A DNA stretch of 64,000 nt from Tubiluchus corallicola (Eukaryota > Animalia > Priapulida), in NCBI GenBank assembly GCA_030141605.1, contig JAQGDQ010000010.1, forward strand, positions 1,240,001-1,304,000, in the 5' to 3' direction. Below, piece after piece: positions 57,734-64,000 of the stretch; positions within the stretch are counted from its first letter, which is position 1, and each line of letters opens with the position of its first letter. The notes under the pieces were generated by a model. The model saw only the letters and a list, made by a program, of their open reading frames with translations. It was not told the origin of the DNA and made no database searches. A program made the translations under genes and the position numbers.

Positions 57734-60700
57734 CTATGAATCTTGCTTGTGTTCTGTACATTGGGCACTAGTTCTTGCTGTTTCATTCTGAATTTCTGAA
57801 AGAACTCGTATCATATTCTCCAGACCAAAAATGTAGCCTTTGTCTGGGCCGGAATGTGGCTTTTTATCCTGCTGAAACCCCTGGTGTGTCGCATGTGCGA
57901 AGTCAATCATTCTTACGTCAACCTTTTGCACAGGTTTAGTGTGCCATCGCGATAGGTTGTTCTCGGGTGAAGAATTTTGGTTTGTTTCACCATTGCTCCG
58001 TTCGTCGCAGGCGTTTTCGTATTTGCCTTGAGTTGTTACCGTGGTGGCACCATCATACATCACTAACAGTGAACTGGAATAAAATCGGAATGTGTCCTGC
58101 TGTTCTAACACTTTTTTAAGTTGTGTTAATCGTGTGATCATTGGACCTACCAAGTCTGTCCGAAGATGTATGCCATTGTGCAAAAATTTGGTCATGCCTC
58201 GACGGAAGCCGTCTTCACTTAGGGTACGTCCGTAGTATTTGTTCCGACAGATAAAATGTCCGGAATCGGCTTGGTAGACCTGCAAACATAAACATATTTC
58301 CTATTGCTTGAACTTGGAAAAGTGCTTGACTTGCTCTTCAGAAATGAATTAGTTTTAAATTTAGATATAACTAATGTAATGTAATGCACTAATCAAAAAC
58401 TTGCATCTCTAGGAGATCCTAACATCCAACTATCTTATAATAATAAGCTTGTAAATTCCGTAACAACTACAAAATGCTCAGGTGTAATAGTTGATTCTAG
58501 TTCAAAATTTATAGCGCATATAGATTTCATGATAAGTAAGATAAACAAAAAGATTGGTTATTTTCGTAGAATTCGTCAAAATCCTGCACGACGGTGCATT
58601 CATCGGCTGGAACTACATTGCTGAGCAGATTACAAATCATGCATAATGGAGTCACAAGAATTATTTGAAAATGTGTCCCTCGTGAACACATTTTCACCAT
58701 GTACAGAGAACTAAACTGGTTACCACTAGAAATCCGGCAGCAAATGTATATGGCATGTCTTATGTAAAAAGTGCTTAAGTGACCAAAATCCTTCAAATTA
58801 ACACTTTTTCGAATAATTGCATCAGTTTCGACCCAAGTCACCCACAAGAAATGAATTACAAATACTGTTATGCCAAACAAGCTGGACAAAAGTCTCTAAA
58901 CTACAATTTTGATGTTTTCTTTTGTTTAGATGTTTCGGTATTAGCCTGAAAATTGTTTGCAAACTGTGCACCAGTCAGGACCTTGTTGTAAAGGAGCTTT
59001 GCTCAATCAAGTTATCTTGAATAAATATGTTTTCTTTTCTTATCTTACCTTATCACAATAAGCAAAGTACACCATTAAACTTACTTAATCACTGCACTGG
59101 TAGCCTGCAGTAAACAGGGGCATTGTTTGCAATGCATAACTGCTGATGACCTACCCCTGATAACAGTTTCACAAAATCTTTACTGCACTAGGTTAAAAAA
59201 TTCCTCACAGGAGGAGAACAGCTGTTTTTGGTCGAGTTATGACCACTCACAACAACAGTTAGGAAAGCGCAACAATGAATACTTAGGCAATTCGCCAATG
59301 CATAGTGGCAGTCGCACCATCAAAGTTGCAGTCACGCATACCTTGTTTTCACAAGTTCACTGTTAGGTGCTGCATCATGTTGAATCTCTTGTAAAGTAGA
59401 CAAGGGCTTCTATTTGAGAAAGGGTGCTAGATTAGTGGGAAATGACCCCAGTATTATGCTTCTGAATATAATGGTGGTGTGAGCTTCTGGTGTGGACTGG
59501 GTGCTTATTAAAGTATTTACATTTAATAGTATCAGTGTTTTTCTTGACACTCGAAGGAGAAAGATTTTTTCAGCAGATCAGGGAATGAGGGTAGTAAGTG
59601 CCTGCATTTCTTAAGGGCGTTGTTTACGGTTAATCACTACATGAGTTATGACCTATTTCTGACAACAGTTTCACGAATGCGCTACTATGAATAGTAGTTG
59701 AGCAACTCGTCAATGGATAGGTGCAGTGGCGTCATCAAAATTGTGGTCACACATGTCCCGTTTTCATGAGCTCACTTCTAATTAACGAAGAAAGGTGCTA
59801 GTAGTAGGATCTGAACCCGGTATTTTGCTTCGAAAGCCATAAATCATACAATTAGCATGAATTGGATGTTTATTAGAGTAATCATTCTTGGTGGTACTAC
59901 TATCGTTGTTTTATTTAAGATGAAAGAAACAGAGCAGCAAGGTTCTGTATTGGCAGATGGTGTGACTGTAAATGATTCAGGGTCACAATGACTCATTACA
60001 AATTCAAGAAATTTTCAAATCACAAAGACGTTACTAGATGAACTGGCCTGTGCACTGGCGAGTTGTACAACAATATTCATCAACATCAAATTAAATATCA
60101 GTTATCTCTCTCAATATCAAATTAAATATTAAATGTCCATAATTACTATATTAATTTCCGTACAAAATCGTAATTACAAAGGTAACGCTTTAAATTTGGA
60201 ACTGACTATTCCTACTCAAGTACTTCTAAAATTTGAGCACTTTTAAACAGCCGAGACCTTGCATAGAGATGGAATTCGATGCAGCGCACTAGTATACAAA
60301 CTCGCATTTTAAAACGAAAATGACCATTAGTTTATCAAAGAGCCTGTTCAATTCCTGACAAGCATTTTATAAATTTGCTTGCACAATTAAATAAAAATAA
60401 TAATTCTCACCTGAATTCTATACAATGTTCAAGACGAATAATTGTTCAAAGCAAATAAGTATAAAAATGCAATACCTGCATACCACCAATGCGTACTCCC
60501 AGTTTAGCAGAGGTTGTCGCAGCACATTTAGCATTCTGACTAAGTTGTTTTGCTTCGCTGGCATCATCACCATGTTGACGGGTTCCCATCTTCAAATCCA
60601 ATACACAGGGATGCCGATAATGCGATGTCAAATTTTCTAACAAAATGAATTCTATACAACGGTCAAAGTTAACAACAACTTAAATAGTTTTTTCATTTCT

Positions 60701-63368
60701 GACTTGCCAGAATCCAGCATTCAGAGATATCACCTATAACCTTCTCAAAAAGGGATTAATAATTTGTTCCTCTTTTCAATTCAAATACATCATCCTCCCC
60801 TTCGCCCCCCTCAACTTGCGGGATTTGGAGTAGCATTCACTACTAGACAAAGACCTGTCTGACAAAGCACATACAAACTAATAAAATAATTCTTTTTCGG
60901 AGAGGTTTCTTATAGGCACCCTTTTCCTTAGCAGAAACAAGGCTATCAATTGTGAATGATTCAGTCGGTCCTGCCATGGTCTGAGTCTGCTTACAAGACA
61001 AAAAGAACAGTAAATAACAAACCTTGCTATTCAAATATAGAATTTTGATAATACCAGTTCTATACATTCTGCAGTAAACTATTCTAGTCAAGGTACTTGC
61101 AGAATATTGTAAATGGCTAATTTTTTAAGAAAAAAAACAAACAAATTTACCCCAAAAATGCAAATCAAGTTAGTTAAATTTGCATTTTTGGGCAAATCGT
61201 CAATAAATATGAACATACAAGACAGTCACCTAATTTTGATAATAACGCACTCAAAACTTAATAGGAATGTGCTGCAAAATATAACAGCAAATTAAAGAAA
61301 AAGATACTATGTGATGCTGCACCACTGCTACACAAGCATTTCCTCATCTTAGCCAACTGTTCTTTATGACAACGCAAGCTCCACGGATTGTGCGCTGAAC
61401 TGTAGTCTGCCCCACTGGACACTTCATCAAACATGGTTTCCGTATGACTTTCAAAAATCTCTAAGCTTCCAGATCGCCGCATTCTTACCCTGAAGAAGAC
61501 AAAGTACAACAGTTAAATTGTGAAGAGAAAATACCTGCGAAAATAATTACTTCTTTGTCTATATTCTAAAGGTAATATTATATCTGGTTATAAACAGAGC
61601 TGGTCCATTTAAACTAATTAAATAAAATATATAATACATATATAAACGGTAACTAAATCTACTGTTAACACGTTGCACAAACTAATGCACAGGCATTTGC
61701 AGAACAGTCTTTAAGGAAAGCAATTTGGAGGAGTGTTATAATGAGCAAAACCCATGTGTGCTTTTCCTATTTCCCATTATTGAGAGGCGAAAAATTTGTA
61801 CATTTTCGACAATTTACGGTATTACATATATATGTGTTCATAGGCACGCATCGTATTTGCTTTGTGATAAACACAAAATTATCATTTTATGAGCTTGCAA
61901 GAATGTTACTGAATAGGCTTAGGTTACGAAACATGCATCAGAAGAGTCAAGCATGTTAGTACAGCCAACAAAGCAATGAACTCATAACTGTGTATAACTT
62001 AACTTTTAACAGTTGTGCATTTTTAGCATTGTGTCATTGTCATGACGCTTTCTAATACATAAAGCAGTGGAGTTAGCAGCAATGCAAACTACAACTTTAA
62101 CAATATTTCACTGTGCTGTTCATCCAAAATTCCTTTCAAAGCGTTTATTTTGCTGCCCGTCTTTGGAAGAAAATTGATTATATCTTGTATACTAGAATAT
62201 TACATTATATACGCATACCTAGCTGATAAGTCTTTCAATTTTCGTTTTGGCCACGTTTTGGTATTGCCGATACCTTTGTGTTTCTGTACAGGAGACTTAG
62301 CTACAAGAGTAATGAAACCTTCATCATCTTCCTTGTAGGTAACCTCAACAACACCTACATAAAGAACAAATTTGCAGCAACAAGCAAAATATGTATTACA
62401 ATCAAATCTTACTGTCATAGAGAATTACTACAGATAAAACTTGTATGAGCAATAGGAGTCTGAATAATGCAATAGCAAAGTAATTTGAGTCAGATGGCAT
62501 GGTACCTTAGAGTTAATATGGATTTTTTTATGTCTGAAGTTCTCACCTTCAGTTCACTATAACATACATCATATAACATATACATTGCAATGCTCTGAAG
62601 ATGGAAGTTAGTACTTCTCTCTACTACTGGACGTGTACTCGAAATGACATAGTTTATAATAATAAATTTTTTATAAATGATATTGCAGGATTATGTAAAA
62701 TCTTGAAGCTCTCACTCTGGCTCATTTCAGATCATAACATTACTGATTAAAATTCTTGTAAGTCGTCAAATAAAAGTGTTCCTGATAGGGACACTAATAA
62801 TTAACAAATTTCAAGTCACAAGTTGCTGGTGCTCAATAAAACATTATAGCCTATCCCACAACAAAAAGTAGTTACTCAGTATTTAGCATAAAATAAAAAA
62901 TATATTGATTTCACTTAGGGTAGTCTGTGGTTTGTATAACAGAAGCTGACTCTAGAAGATTTTTAATATGCTATTAATGATATGCTGCAAAAATTGATGA
63001 AAAACATTAATTATAAAAACATTAAACGAGACACTATTTAATAAAGCCACAAATACCAAAATATCTGAATACATAATTAATATACGACGTACAAAAGAAC
63101 TGAATTGAATATAACTAATACTTATAATACACACAACTTAGCGAAAAGAGAAACTCACATTGAGACATCCCAAAAATTGCTGCTAGTACCTTTGTATTTA
63201 GCAGTGAATTGCTTCAGTTGGTCGGGAAGACTCTCATAAAAGTGCCTCTCTCTTGTGATGAGAGGTTTGCAGACAGTACTGTCATCAAACATGAGAACGC
63301 TAGAATGACCTCCAACTTGATGTATGAATGGTTCCAGAGGGATAAACACATTCCCTGCAGCCTCTGAC
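57734..63368 (-). CDS. IP6K: Inositol hexakisphosphate kinase, 5'-incomplete (start codon not found in window)
   Basis: Exons 63368(or 63371)-63190, 62354-62219, 61489-61308, 60651-60476 and 58279-57734 are in phase. Motifs: [53 protein letters not shown] (PxxxDxKxG), [30 protein letters not shown]. Confidence 0.95.
58390..59055 (+). mobile_element. Decayed L2/CR1-group LINE 3' remnant in the last IP6K intron
   Basis: A broken frame reads [35 protein letters not shown]...[13 protein letters not shown], typical of the post-RT region. It ends in AATAAA plus a short simple-repeat tail. Confidence 0.65.
59234..59890. repeat. Two diverged direct copies (~250-280 bp) of an interspersed repeat
   Basis: The blocks gagttatgacc...acaacagtt...atgaata...catcaaa.ttg..gtcac and gaaagg(g)tgctag..agt.gga...tatt.tgcttc occur in the same order from 59234 and from 59643. 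Confidence 0.6.
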
Positions 63369-64000
63369 CTGCTGTAAAATTTGTAAAAAATATATGGCTT
63401 AAATTCGAATAAAGCATAAGCAAGGTTATAAACAAGGTTACAGATAAAGTATAATTGACAATGGTATGCATCAAATAGTTTTCGAATTGAAATTCTCCTT
63501 TACAGTTAAGTGCTAATTGTGCAATTTTTGTACAGTAATTATGTGCAATCAAAGTTGAGCAAAACAGAGCTTAGTCAGTAAATAGCATGATTGCCATCAT
63601 GCGTAATTGTGTACTTGGAAACTGTCTCTTGTTGGTTTTATCCACAACCATGATACTGGTCACAGACATACACATACAAAAGATATACCGAGCATTGCCA
63701 AGACGCTTCTGCTGGTTTAGTATCTCATCTTACAGATTTATCTTTAATAATGAATGACATGGTAAATCCAACTACAATTATCTAACTTAACCTAGGTTAT
63801 GTTGTTGAGTGCTGGATCCTACCTTGCAAAAATGGGAGGGGTGAAGTACTGATATAAATATATATATATTTATATCTCATAATACACATTATATACATAT
63901 ATAATCTTAAAAGAACTGGCATATGAATTCAGCAGTTTTTTGCCAAAACTATGATAAAAGTGTTTGCAAGGTACTGTTATAAGAGAAAAACATTAAACCG

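Overview
AT-rich, intron-containing eukaryotic DNA, most likely from an invertebrate animal (inferred from gene content and GT-AG splice sites; the species cannot be determined). Manual splicing supports five complete protein-coding genes: TRNAU1AP/SECp43 (+), GHITM (+), two tandem IolG-like myo-inositol 2-dehydrogenases (Gfo/Idh/MocA family, -) and TFB1M (+). It also supports a 5'-incomplete IP6K (-) and the probable 5' end of an unidentified gene leaving the left edge (-). The most striking structure lies in intron 3 of the left dehydrogenase. It is a young, 5'-truncated, RNase H-encoding non-LTR retrotransposon (LOA/R1-like) flanked by a 287-bp target-site duplication with one mismatch. The element inserted into an older MITE and duplicated that MITE's left terminal repeat, so the RT ORF now lies between a pair of DNA-transposon ends. 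Other features are a clean hAT MITE with an 8-bp TSD, several foldback hairpins, 28-bp and 29-bp minisatellites, old LINE remnants and a duplicated first coding exon of TRNAU1AP. I found no CRISPR array, rRNA or intact tRNA. I cannot claim a new biological system from sequence alone; the best candidates are ranked in findings.
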